Of a stretch of 64,000 nt of DNA, positions 47,702 through 55,168 are shown piece after piece. Under the pieces are notes generated by a model, which had not been told where the DNA came from, did not search any database, and worked only from the letters and a program-made list of their open reading frames with translations. The translations under genes were made by a program, and so were the position numbers. This DNA comes from a virus. Within the stretch, counting starts at the first letter, position 1; each line of letters begins with the position of its first letter. Where the stretch lies: positions 64,001 to 128,000 of the IMG/VR virus record IMGVR_UViG_3300045988_129382; one strand, given 5' to 3'.

Positions 47702-48502
47702 GTGGATAATTCAAATTTAGGTAGTGGTTTATTAGTATCACCTTATGATAGTAGAGATTATAAGTTTAGGGATTTATTAAAGTTAGGTTCTGTAAATATT
47801 CCTTATGAGTATCAGAGTGAGGTATTCCCTTTTGTATATAATCAAGGAAAATCTCAGATGTGTTGTGCATGTTCTTATATTGCTGTTAGATATTTACAAG
47901 AATCAGATAATAGTCAATCTTCTTTATCTGTTCCTTTATCGCCAGCTTTCAATTATGGGTTACGCCCTGAAGAAGAGAATTTTGAGGGGATGTATCTAAG
48001 GACATGTTTAAAAGGTGGAACTGATGTAGGTTCTATTCTGTATGATGACATGCCTGGTTTCTACACAACTAATGAAGCTTATAGTAAGGTTAATAATAGT
48101 CTTGATTTGTATAGAAATAAAGCTGATGAATTTAGGATTGATTCATATTATGTATGTAGTTCTAGAAGAGAGATACAGGTTGCTATTTTAACAACTAAGG
48201 CAGTCATTACTGGTATTCCTATTTTTGATAGCTTTTATGATGTAGGTTCTGATGGTGTTGTGCAATATGATACTACAAGAGATGTGGTAAATTATGGTGG
48301 TCACGCTGTTACTATCACTGGTTGGGGTTATATTAATAATAAATTCCATTGGAGGCTTTTAAATTCATGGGGTACTGAGTGGGGTGAAGGTGGTTATGCT
48401 TGGTTACCTGAGGAATATCCTTGGATTGAAAACGCATATGTTATCGTTGATACATCAACAAAAATGAAGTTTAATGATTATATCAGTAAATTTTACTGTT
48501 AG
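47702..48502 (+). CDS. Papain-like cysteine peptidase (family C1A-like)
   Basis: 'NQGKSQMCCACSY' (Gln plus catalytic Cys region), 'YGGHAVTITGWGY' (His), and 'LLNSWGTEWGEGGYAWL', which parallels papain 'IKNSWGTGWGENGYIRI'. Confidence 0.75.
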   Translation: MDNSNLGSGLLVSPYDSRDYKFRDLLKLGSVNIPYEYQSEVFPFVYNQGKSQMCCACSYIAVRYLQESDNSQSSLSVPLSPAFNYGLRPEEENFEGMYLRTCLKGGTDVGSILYDDMPGFYTTNEAYSKVNNSLDLYRNKADEFRIDSYYVCSSRREIQVAILTTKAVITGIPIFDSFYDVGSDGVVQYDTTRDVVNYGGHAVTITGWGYINNKFHWRLLNSWGTEWGEGGYAWLPEEYPWIENAYVIVDTSTKMKFNDYISKFYC

Positions 48503-48520
48503 GGTATGGGGGATGACATA

Positions 48521-48868
48521 ATGAAGATTACATACAAACCGTCTTTAGGTAGAATATTAGCAATTATTTTCTTGGTTTTAGCATTTATTTCTATGGTCTA
48601 TTCATTAGCAGTGGACACATATTTACATTATAAGATTCGCTCTGGTGATTTAGAGTTATATAATATAGAATCAAAAGTAATTGATGGTGAGATATCTGCT
48701 AATGTGTTTGAGCGTATTGGTCGAATTGATGGATATGTGTTGTTATATGACACAAGAACGAATTTAGTGTATATTGGTGATGAAAAAGGGAATTTAACAC
48801 CATATTATGCTAATAGCAGTGGTAAACTTGTAATGTATGATAAGTCTAGTAATAGATTGTTATACTAA
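48521..48868 (+). CDS. Small membrane-anchored protein
   Basis: ATG at 48521 after a GGGGGA RBS. N-terminal TM helix 'LGRILAIIFLVLAFISMVYSLAV'. Confidence 0.55.
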   Translation: MKITYKPSLGRILAIIFLVLAFISMVYSLAVDTYLHYKIRSGDLELYNIESKVIDGEISANVFERIGRIDGYVLLYDTRTNLVYIGDEKGNLTPYYANSSGKLVMYDKSSNRLLY

Positions 48869-48871
48869 TAT

Positions 48872-48906
48872 ATAGAGGTTGAGTTAAGAACTTGACCTCT
48901 ATTTTT
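48872..48906 (+). terminator. Rho-independent terminator
   Basis: ATAGAGGTTGAG / CTTGACCTCTAT 12-bp stem (2 G-U pairs) followed by TTTT. Confidence 0.7.
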
Positions 48907-48915
48907 ATTTATTAC

Positions 48916-48944
48916 TTTACAATTATTTACAGTTATGGTAGTAT
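48916..48944 (+). promoter_or_regulatory. Promoter candidate with extended -10
   Basis: TTTACA (48916-21), 17-nt spacer, TGgTAGTAT (48936-44). Confidence 0.45.
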
Positions 48945-49008
48945 ATAAGTGTACTCTTTAGTATTGATTTTGAGAGTATTGATATTTTAAAAGATGTGGA
49001 GGTACATC

Positions 49009-49257
49009 ATGAAAAAAGATTTACAACAAAAGATTGAAAGTTCTTTAAGTCTAGATGATATTCTAGCATTAGAAAATGGTCTTAGTATTGCTGAAAATGT
49101 AGTAGGGGATGAAATCTATATTTTCAGGAATGAGGTAGGGAATGGGTATAGTATGATGTTCCGTACAAAAAAAGAAAATGAATTGTATGTAGAGGATTTT
49201 GACGAAGATGGCAATTTAGTCAATGTTCATTATGATACAATTAATGGTGAGGAGTAA
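49009..49257 (+). CDS. Small acidic protein (candidate antitoxin, by position only)
   Basis: ATG at 49009 after a GGAGG RBS. It ends 6 nt before the MazF-like gene. Confidence 0.5.
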   Translation: MKKDLQQKIESSLSLDDILALENGLSIAENVVGDEIYIFRNEVGNGYSMMFRTKKENELYVEDFDEDGNLVNVHYDTINGEE

Positions 49258-49263
49258 AATAAA

Positions 49264-49950
49264 ATGGCTACACAAATGAATGATGAGTATACACGTGTAA
49301 CAAAAGGAATGGTCTTTATCTATGATATTGATGAGGATAAAGACAAAAAACAATTTAATACTACAAAGTATAATCGTCCAGATTGCACTGAGTATGGTCG
49401 TAGACCGTGGGTAGTGGTTTCTGATAATAAATCTATTGATAAGATTTGTACGATTGCACCTATGTCTACAGGTCAATATGGTAAGGGGGATAAAATTAAA
49501 ACTCATGTTGATTTAACTCTTAATGGTACTAATACATGCATTATGTTAGAGCAGATGCGTTTTGTTAATACCCATGAGTTGAAGGAGTATGTAACTATTT
49601 TATGTAACAGCACAATGCGTTTAGTTGATGACGCAGTGGCTTTTCATCTTGGATTAAATCTCTACAAACCAAATAAGGTAGTTTCTATGCCAGCTAGTAA
49701 GAAGGCTTATGAAGTTATTAATGAGAAAAGTTCTGTAGAGGTTAAAGAGGCAACAAAAGTAAATACAAAAAAGTCTGAGACGAGAGGACGTAGAACTAAA
49801 TATGATAAAGATTCTTTAAAAGAGATTCTATCGGATTATAAAACTATGTCTGAGGAAGATTTCTCAGAGAAGTATAAATGTAGAAATCATCAAGCGTATC
49901 TATATAAAGGATACTACATTAAAAAACTGTATAAAACAAACTTTAAATAA
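49264..49950 (+). CDS. MazF/PemK-like domain protein with a basic C-terminal extension
   Basis: 'KGMVFIYDID...EYGRRPWVVVSDNKSIDKICTIAPMST...THVDL...NTCIMLEQMRFVNTHEL' fits the PemK pattern (G.i..vd....E..g.RP.vVvs....v.PiTs....v.l....s.v..dqirtvd..rl). Confidence 0.55.
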   Translation: MATQMNDEYTRVTKGMVFIYDIDEDKDKKQFNTTKYNRPDCTEYGRRPWVVVSDNKSIDKICTIAPMSTGQYGKGDKIKTHVDLTLNGTNTCIMLEQMRFVNTHELKEYVTILCNSTMRLVDDAVAFHLGLNLYKPNKVVSMPASKKAYEVINEKSSVEVKEATKVNTKKSETRGRRTKYDKDSLKEILSDYKTMSEEDFSEKYKCRNHQAYLYKGYYIKKLYKTNFK

Positions 49951-49968
49951 GAAGTGAAAGATGATATA

Positions 49969-49999
49969 ATAAGGACTAGGTATTCTAGTCCTTATTTTT
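49969..49999 (+). terminator. Rho-independent terminator
   Basis: AAGGACTAG-gtatt-CTAGTCCTT stem followed by ATTTTT. Confidence 0.8.
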
Positions 50000-50025
50000 A
50001 TGTTTAGAATGAAGGTGATTGTCTT

Positions 50026-50481
50026 ATGTGTAGTGAAGCTATAAAAACTGATATAGATTTATTACTAGAGGATTTAGGGAGTGCTGAAAATCTCAATCAT
50101 GAATGTATCATTTTGTATGATAATCATGTATGTAAGGTATTCAATAAGGATTATGCTGTAAATGAAGATAATGTACTTCTATTTGATTCATTGTTAGATT
50201 GGAGAGAAAGTGCTTTAAACACGTATCAATTAAAAAGTTTACTTTCTTCTTTAGTGGGTACAGATACTAAAATGTTATTTACAGCTTATGATGGTTCTAC
50301 ACATGGTTATGTTACAAGTTATATGACTAACAAATATAGCGACTATGGTGTCAATGTAAGGGTTATAGCTATAGGCGATAAAACTAAAAATATAGTTGGT
50401 AGAGAGAATCACGAGATAGATGTAGAAGAGGGTAGAATTTATGAAGATAAGATAACTATGGATTTCAATAGGAGACTATAG
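50026..50481 (+). CDS. Hypothetical protein
   Basis: 151-aa ORF with a GAAGGTGA RBS. Confidence 0.55.
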   Translation: MCSEAIKTDIDLLLEDLGSAENLNHECIILYDNHVCKVFNKDYAVNEDNVLLFDSLLDWRESALNTYQLKSLLSSLVGTDTKMLFTAYDGSTHGYVTSYMTNKYSDYGVNVRVIAIGDKTKNIVGRENHEIDVEEGRIYEDKITMDFNRRL

Positions 50482-50590
50482 TTATCTGTTGGTCTATAGT
50501 GATTCTGACTACAGACTGTACTAAATAAGAACATAATAAAAGTAATACTATATACACTAATACAATTAACAATGATATTAATCATATAAT

Positions 50591-50626
50591 AATTACTATA
50601 ATTACTATAATTACTATAATTACTAT
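50591..50626. repeat. Tandem direct repeat, 9 bp x 4 (AATTACTAT)
   Basis: Four perfect abutting copies, read directly from the sequence. Confidence 0.95.
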
Positions 50627-50711
50627 AAGAAATATAATCATCAATATAATTAATTTCTTCTAACGAAGAAAAGAATTATATTTCAAGTAGGGATAGGTTA
50701 ATATAACTGAT

Positions 50712-50766
50712 ATAATTGATTATAAAATAATTGATTATAAAATAATTGATTATAGTTGATTGATGG
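50712..50766. repeat. Tandem direct repeat, 15 bp x 3 (ATAATTGATTATAAA) plus a TTGATTGATGG tail
   Basis: Copies at 50712, 50727 and 50742 (the last is degenerate at its end). Confidence 0.95.
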
Positions 50767-50805
50767 AAGTGAGATATAGGAGATAAAACACAGGAGGATA
50801 TTGTA

Positions 50806-50878
50806 ATTAATAGAGATTGATTAATAGAGATTGATTAATAGAGATTGATTATAATAGGACTGATTAATATAGAGGCTG
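50806..50878. repeat. Tandem direct repeat, 14 bp x 3 (ATTAATAGAGATTG) plus 2 degenerate copies
   Basis: Perfect copies at 50806, 50820 and 50834. Degenerate copies ATTATAATAGGACTG and ATTAATATAGAGGCTG follow. Confidence 0.95.
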
Positions 50879-50880
50879 GT

Positions 50881-50946
50881 TGATATAGGGATATATGATA
50901 TAGGGATATATGATATAGGGATATATGATATAGGGATATATGATAT
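50881..50946. repeat. Tandem direct repeat, 15 bp x 4.4 (TGATATAGGGATATA)
   Basis: Perfect copies at 50881, 50896, 50911 and 50926, plus a partial copy at 50941. Confidence 0.95.
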
Positions 50947-51282
50947 CAATGAGTTGAGTATATTAGGTTGGATTATGTACATCGTGATAGTGGCACATAG
51001 AATATGAGAAGATAATATGTGTGATGTATGTAAGAGAGGGTAGAGTGTGCTAAATGAGAAAAACACGCAAGAGAGTAACTGTATGGATAGGGTATGTTAG
51101 TAATATAGGTTAGAAGTGTCCTATAGATGCGAGAATATGTATTCTATTGATAGAGATGGTAAGAGGATGAGTGACACTATTTAAAAAAATAAATAGTATT
51201 TGAATATAGAGTAATATAGAAGACCGTTGCGATGTCAATGAGTTGATTAATGGTGATTGATGTCAGTTGAGGTGATTGAGTT

Positions 51283-51723
51283 ATGGAGATTAAGGAATTA
51301 AAAGAAGAGATACTTAAAAGATATGGTAGATATTTATTTGGTATAGTAGATATTGATGTATGGTATGATAGGGTAGAGATAGTGAGTCGAGTTGAGATAC
51401 GAAAAGGTGGTAGAATACATCAACATGAAGGTACAATAGTGGTAGCTATTGATAGGGATGTAGTTGATACTAAAAATGTAAAAGAATGTCTATATAGTAT
51501 TAAATTAGGCTCTATTAACTATCTAAAAATTAAGTGTGATGAGTTTAGGAAAGATACGACTGGTGGTAGTGCTGGGTTAGTCAGTCGGTTGTATTATATT
51601 GCAATAGATGATAGAGATATGGGTGATAAGATATTAGATATCATGGGTAACATACATGGTTTAAGTGAGTGTAAAGGGTTTAATGAAATTACATTTAATG
51701 TACATGTACATAACCTACTATAG
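51283..51723 (+). CDS. Hypothetical protein, paralog family member 1
   Basis: 'LKRYGRYLFGIVDIDVWYDRVEIVSRVEI' aligns with 'VTKYGMVLFGDVGIWVYDNRVEIYNHISI' of the next ORF. Confidence 0.6.
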   Translation: MEIKELKEEILKRYGRYLFGIVDIDVWYDRVEIVSRVEIRKGGRIHQHEGTIVVAIDRDVVDTKNVKECLYSIKLGSINYLKIKCDEFRKDTTGGSAGLVSRLYYIAIDDRDMGDKILDIMGNIHGLSECKGFNEITFNVHVHNLL

Positions 51724-51759
51724 TTGATAAGTATGAGAATGGTTGAGGGATTAGATTAA

Positions 51760-52251
51760 ATGAATACAGAAGAAATAATACATAGAGCATTGAATGATTC
51801 AGTAGTCAAAGCTATAGAGGGGATAGATACTGAGTTATATAATAGGGTTAAAGATTTATTGAGTCGGATAGTAACTAAGTATGGGATGGTACTATTTGGT
51901 GATGTAGGTATATGGGTATATGATAATAGGGTAGAGATATACAATCATATCAGTATAGCTAAGAAGAGGTATAAACATGAATGTAAAGGTTTGTTGGTAG
52001 TATGGTATAACAGTAATGCTAATAAACTAGGTAATATAAAGAGTGTACAATTCATGAGAGATAGCTATATGAGATTGGTTGATGCAGATGTGTATGAATT
52101 AAGTGAGAGAGTGGATGATATAGCTATGGGGTTAAGGGATAGTAATGGTAGGGAGAGAAATCACGTTGTAGTCAAGGGTGTGTTGGGTAAGTTAAGTGAT
52201 ACAAATGATTTGGTAGGTATAGGTAATATAAAGCTACACAAAGCGTATTAG
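51760..52251 (+). CDS. Hypothetical protein, paralog family member 2
   Basis: See 51283-51723. GAGGGA RBS. Confidence 0.6.
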   Translation: MNTEEIIHRALNDSVVKAIEGIDTELYNRVKDLLSRIVTKYGMVLFGDVGIWVYDNRVEIYNHISIAKKRYKHECKGLLVVWYNSNANKLGNIKSVQFMRDSYMRLVDADVYELSERVDDIAMGLRDSNGRERNHVVVKGVLGKLSDTNDLVGIGNIKLHKAY

Positions 52252-52447
52252 TAGAGGTAATAGTAGAGGTATTGGATACTATGGGAAGATATGTATGGTT
52301 TAGATTAAAAGACATGATTTCAGTTAAGGTTAGTTATAGAGGGTGTTCTAAAGAATTTGAATATTTTTCTTGTGGTAGATGGTCATAATAGTTAATAACA
52401 TTATAGCTAACATAACATTACAAAGCTGTACAGATATATACAAAATC

Positions 52448-52463
52448 ATTCTATATATTGTAA
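52448..52463. promoter_or_regulatory. NrdR-box-like palindrome 1
   Basis: attCTATATATTGTaa against the NrdR consensus acaCwAtATaTwGtgt. The 11-nt core matches completely. Confidence 0.5.
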
Positions 52464-52475
52464 TTATGTATTAAT

Positions 52476-52484
52476 TGGTATACT
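52476..52484 (+). promoter_or_regulatory. Extended -10 promoter element upstream of nrdD
   Basis: TGgTATACT. A possible -35 TTGTAA lies at 52458-63 (15-nt spacer). Confidence 0.4.
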
Positions 52485-52495
52485 ATATATAGTAA
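52480..52495. promoter_or_regulatory. NrdR-box-like palindrome 2
   Basis: ataCTATATATAGTaa has a perfectly palindromic core ACTATATATAGT. Its centre is 32 bp from box 1, and it overlaps the -10. Confidence 0.5.
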
Positions 52496-52564
52496 AACCT
52501 AGTGGTAAAAATGTACTAAATGGTATTTGGTAATGATACAGTGTTTATTAATTATAGGAGGATT

Positions 52565-54844
52565 GTGTTGATAACAGAAGATATGGTTGAGTTTAATCAA
52601 AATGATGAGACTATTGTTGATAGTGTTAACAATGTATTAAAGCGTGATGGACGAGTTGTAGTATTTGATAGTGGTAAAGTATTCAATGCTATGTTGAGTG
52701 CGTATAGTAGTTTACATGATAGTATTGATAGTGAGTATATTAATGTATGTAATGATGCTATTAATACTATATTAGATGAGTATGATGCATTAGACGATAG
52801 AATATTGGGTGTAGAGGATATACAAGACATCGTAGAGAATACATTGTTGGATTCTAAATATAATGATGTAGCTAAGGCATATATACTCTATAGAGATAAG
52901 CGTAGTCAAGAGCGTGGTAATTTAATTGATACAGAGTTACAAGAGTTACTAAGTGGTGATAGTGAGTATTGGAATACAGAGAATTCCAATAAGGATGTCA
53001 AATTAAATACTACGTTAAGGGATTATATTGCTGGCATTGTGAGTACAGATATAGGTAAGCGTAAGTTACTTCCTAAAGATGTGGTAGAGGCACATGACAA
53101 AGGACTTATTCATCAACACGATATGGATTATATCGCTGAGTATCGTACTAATTGTGAGTTAATCAATTTAAATGATATATTACAGAATGGTACAGTAGTA
53201 AATGGTGTAGGGATAGATAAACCTAAAAGGTTGTTAACTGCATCAACGATAGCAAGTCAGATTGTGTTAGCAGTTACTAGTCTAACTTATGGTGGAGCTA
53301 GTATTAATCTAGGTCATTTAGCACCATTTGTGAGAGATAGTTATAATTGGTATGTCAATAAATATAAGAGTTGGGGATTAGATGATACTGATGTAGTTGA
53401 GTATGCTAAACGTGACCTAGCTAAAGAGGTAGAGGATGCGATTCAGACATTCAATTATCAAATTAATTCATTTACAAACAGTAATGGTCAGAGCCCGTTT
53501 CTAACAGTATTTATGTATCTAGGTGGTGAGACTGAGTATCGTGATGAATTAGCTATGCTAATTGAAGAAATGTTAAAACAGCGTATACAAGGTTTCAAGA
53601 ATGAAAAGGGTGTATATATCAGTCCAGCGTTTCCTAAGTTAATCTATGTGTTAGAGGAAGATAATATTCATGAAGATAGTCGCTATTGGTATTTAACAGA
53701 GTTAAGTGCTAAGTGTAGTGCTAAGAGGTTGGTTCCTGATTACATTTCAGAGAAGAGAATGAAAGAACTAAAAGATGGTGATGTATTTAGTTCAATGGGT
53801 TGTCGCAGTTTCTTGTCAGTTGATACATTTACAGAAGAATTTGGCAATTTAGCTAAGGCATTAGATTATGATGGTAAACATAAATATTGGGGGAGATTCA
53901 ACGTCGGGGTTGCAACAGTTAATTTAGTTGATGTATCATTAACAGCCATATCTGATGTTGTTAATAGTGGTTATGTGTATACTATAGATGATATCATTAA
54001 ACGATTTTATGATGTATTAGAAGAGCGTTGTGAGTTATGTCATAAAGGGTTACAGGTACGTATTAATCGGTTAGAGAATACAACAAGCGATGTAGCACCT
54101 ATTTTATGGCAACATGGTGCATTAGCAAGGCTAAATAAGGGTGAGACATTATATCATTTAATACATAATGGATATGCTACAGCTAGTTTAGGGTATGCTG
54201 GTTTGTATGAGTGTGTAATGGCATTAATCAATAAGAGTCATACAACAGAAGAGGGTATGGAGTTAGGTAAAGCTATCATGCAACGATTGAATGATATTTG
54301 TAATCGTTGGAAAGATGAAGAGAATATCGGATATAGTTTGTATGGGACTCCTTTGGAATCCACTACGTATAAGTTTGCTAAGTGTTTACAACAACGATTT
54401 GGTAAGATAGAGGGTATAACAGACCATAGCTATATTACGAATTCGTATCATACATGCGTTCGTGAGGAGATAGATGCATTTACAAAACTCAAATTAGAGA
54501 GTGAGTATCAAGCATTAAGTCCTGGTGGTTGTATCAGTTATGTAGAAATACCTAATATGCAGAATAACATTAAAGCTGTATTGGATATTATTAAATATAT
54601 TTATGATACAATTATGTATGCTGAATTGAATACTAAATCAGATTATTGTCAAGAATGTGGTTTTAGTGGTGAGATTCAGATTAAAGGTGATACAGGTCAT
54701 TTGTATTGGGAGTGTCCTAATTGTGGGAATACTAATCAAGATACAATGAACGTGTGTCGCCGCACGTGTGGTTATTTAGGTACAAACTTCTTTAATCAAG
54801 GACGTACTGAGGAGATTAAAGATAGGGTATTACATTTAGATTAA
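52565..54844 (+). CDS. nrdD: Anaerobic ribonucleoside-triphosphate reductase (class III RNR)
   Basis: N-terminal ATP-cone ('VLKRDGRVVVFDSGKV'). C-terminal Zn ribbon 'CQECGFSG...CPNCGN' and glycyl-radical motif 'RRTCGYLG'. The start is GTG 52565 (after AGGAGG) or ATG 52583. Confidence 0.9.
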   Translation: MLITEDMVEFNQNDETIVDSVNNVLKRDGRVVVFDSGKVFNAMLSAYSSLHDSIDSEYINVCNDAINTILDEYDALDDRILGVEDIQDIVENTLLDSKYNDVAKAYILYRDKRSQERGNLIDTELQELLSGDSEYWNTENSNKDVKLNTTLRDYIAGIVSTDIGKRKLLPKDVVEAHDKGLIHQHDMDYIAEYRTNCELINLNDILQNGTVVNGVGIDKPKRLLTASTIASQIVLAVTSLTYGGASINLGHLAPFVRDSYNWYVNKYKSWGLDDTDVVEYAKRDLAKEVEDAIQTFNYQINSFTNSNGQSPFLTVFMYLGGETEYRDELAMLIEEMLKQRIQGFKNEKGVYISPAFPKLIYVLEEDNIHEDSRYWYLTELSAKCSAKRLVPDYISEKRMKELKDGDVFSSMGCRSFLSVDTFTEEFGNLAKALDYDGKHKYWGRFNVGVATVNLVDVSLTAISDVVNSGYVYTIDDIIKRFYDVLEERCELCHKGLQVRINRLENTTSDVAPILWQHGALARLNKGETLYHLIHNGYATASLGYAGLYECVMALINKSHTTEEGMELGKAIMQRLNDICNRWKDEENIGYSLYGTPLESTTYKFAKCLQQRFGKIEGITDHSYITNSYHTCVREEIDAFTKLKLESEYQALSPGGCISYVEIPNMQNNIKAVLDIIKYIYDTIMYAELNTKSDYCQECGFSGEIQIKGDTGHLYWECPNCGNTNQDTMNVCRRTCGYLGTNFFNQGRTEEIKDRVLHLD

Positions 54845-54868
54845 CAATTCTATTAATAGAATAAACTA

Positions 54869-54897
54869 TTGTAAAGTAGTGTAAATTTTGGTATACT
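54869..54897 (+). promoter_or_regulatory. Promoter candidate with extended -10
   Basis: TTGTAA (54869-74), 17-nt spacer, TGgTATACT (54889-97). Confidence 0.5.
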
Positions 54898-54938
54898 TTA
54901 GGTGTAGGTAAAGACTTATACCTAAAGTATACTTTTTT
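54892..54938 (+). terminator. Rho-independent terminator overlapping the promoter -10
   Basis: TATACTTTAGGT / ACCTAAAGTATA 12-bp stem followed by CTTTTTT. Confidence 0.7.
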
Positions 54939-54962
54939 ATTTAAAATAAAAGGATGGTTATT

Positions 54963-55166
54963 ATGAAAAAATCTAGTTATGAGCAAGACGTATATATTTT
55001 ATTTACTACGTCTGATTTGTTTAGTTCTCCTTTGTTGGGTGTGTATGCCTCTAAAGAGGAAGCTGAGGCTGAGTACTTAGAAGTACAAGAAGAGTATTGT
55101 TTGGAAGACTATGAGTTAAGTATTGAGCATAGTACATATAATTTTAAATTCAAAGAAGGTGTGTAA
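54963..55166 (+). CDS. Small acidic hypothetical protein
   Basis: ATG at 54963 after an AAAGGATGG RBS. Confidence 0.55.
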   Translation: MKKSSYEQDVYILFTTSDLFSSPLLGVYASKEEAEAEYLEVQEEYCLEDYELSIEHSTYNFKFKEGV

Positions 55167-55168
55167 CT

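Noticed and set aside
50591-50946. CRISPR array hypothesis for the repeat cluster
   Set aside because: The repeats are 9-15 bp and directly abutting, with no unique spacers. There are four different unit sequences, and no cas genes or leader were seen.
50821-51066. Minus-strand ORF translating to ...ISYIPISYIPISYIPISYIP...
   Set aside because: The periodic peptide is simply the 15-bp DNA repeat read in frame. There is no RBS, and the ORF sits in an otherwise gene-free repeat region on the strand that carries no other genes.
52249-52388. 12-bp duplicate TAGTAGAGGTA(A/T) and a 35-codon ORF (52281-52388, MGRYVWFRLKDMISVKVSYRGCSKEFEYFSCGRWS*) in the gap before nrdD
   Set aside because: There are only two repeat copies. 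The mini-ORF has a poorly spaced RBS and nothing to support translation. It is noted here only in case Ribo-seq data become available.
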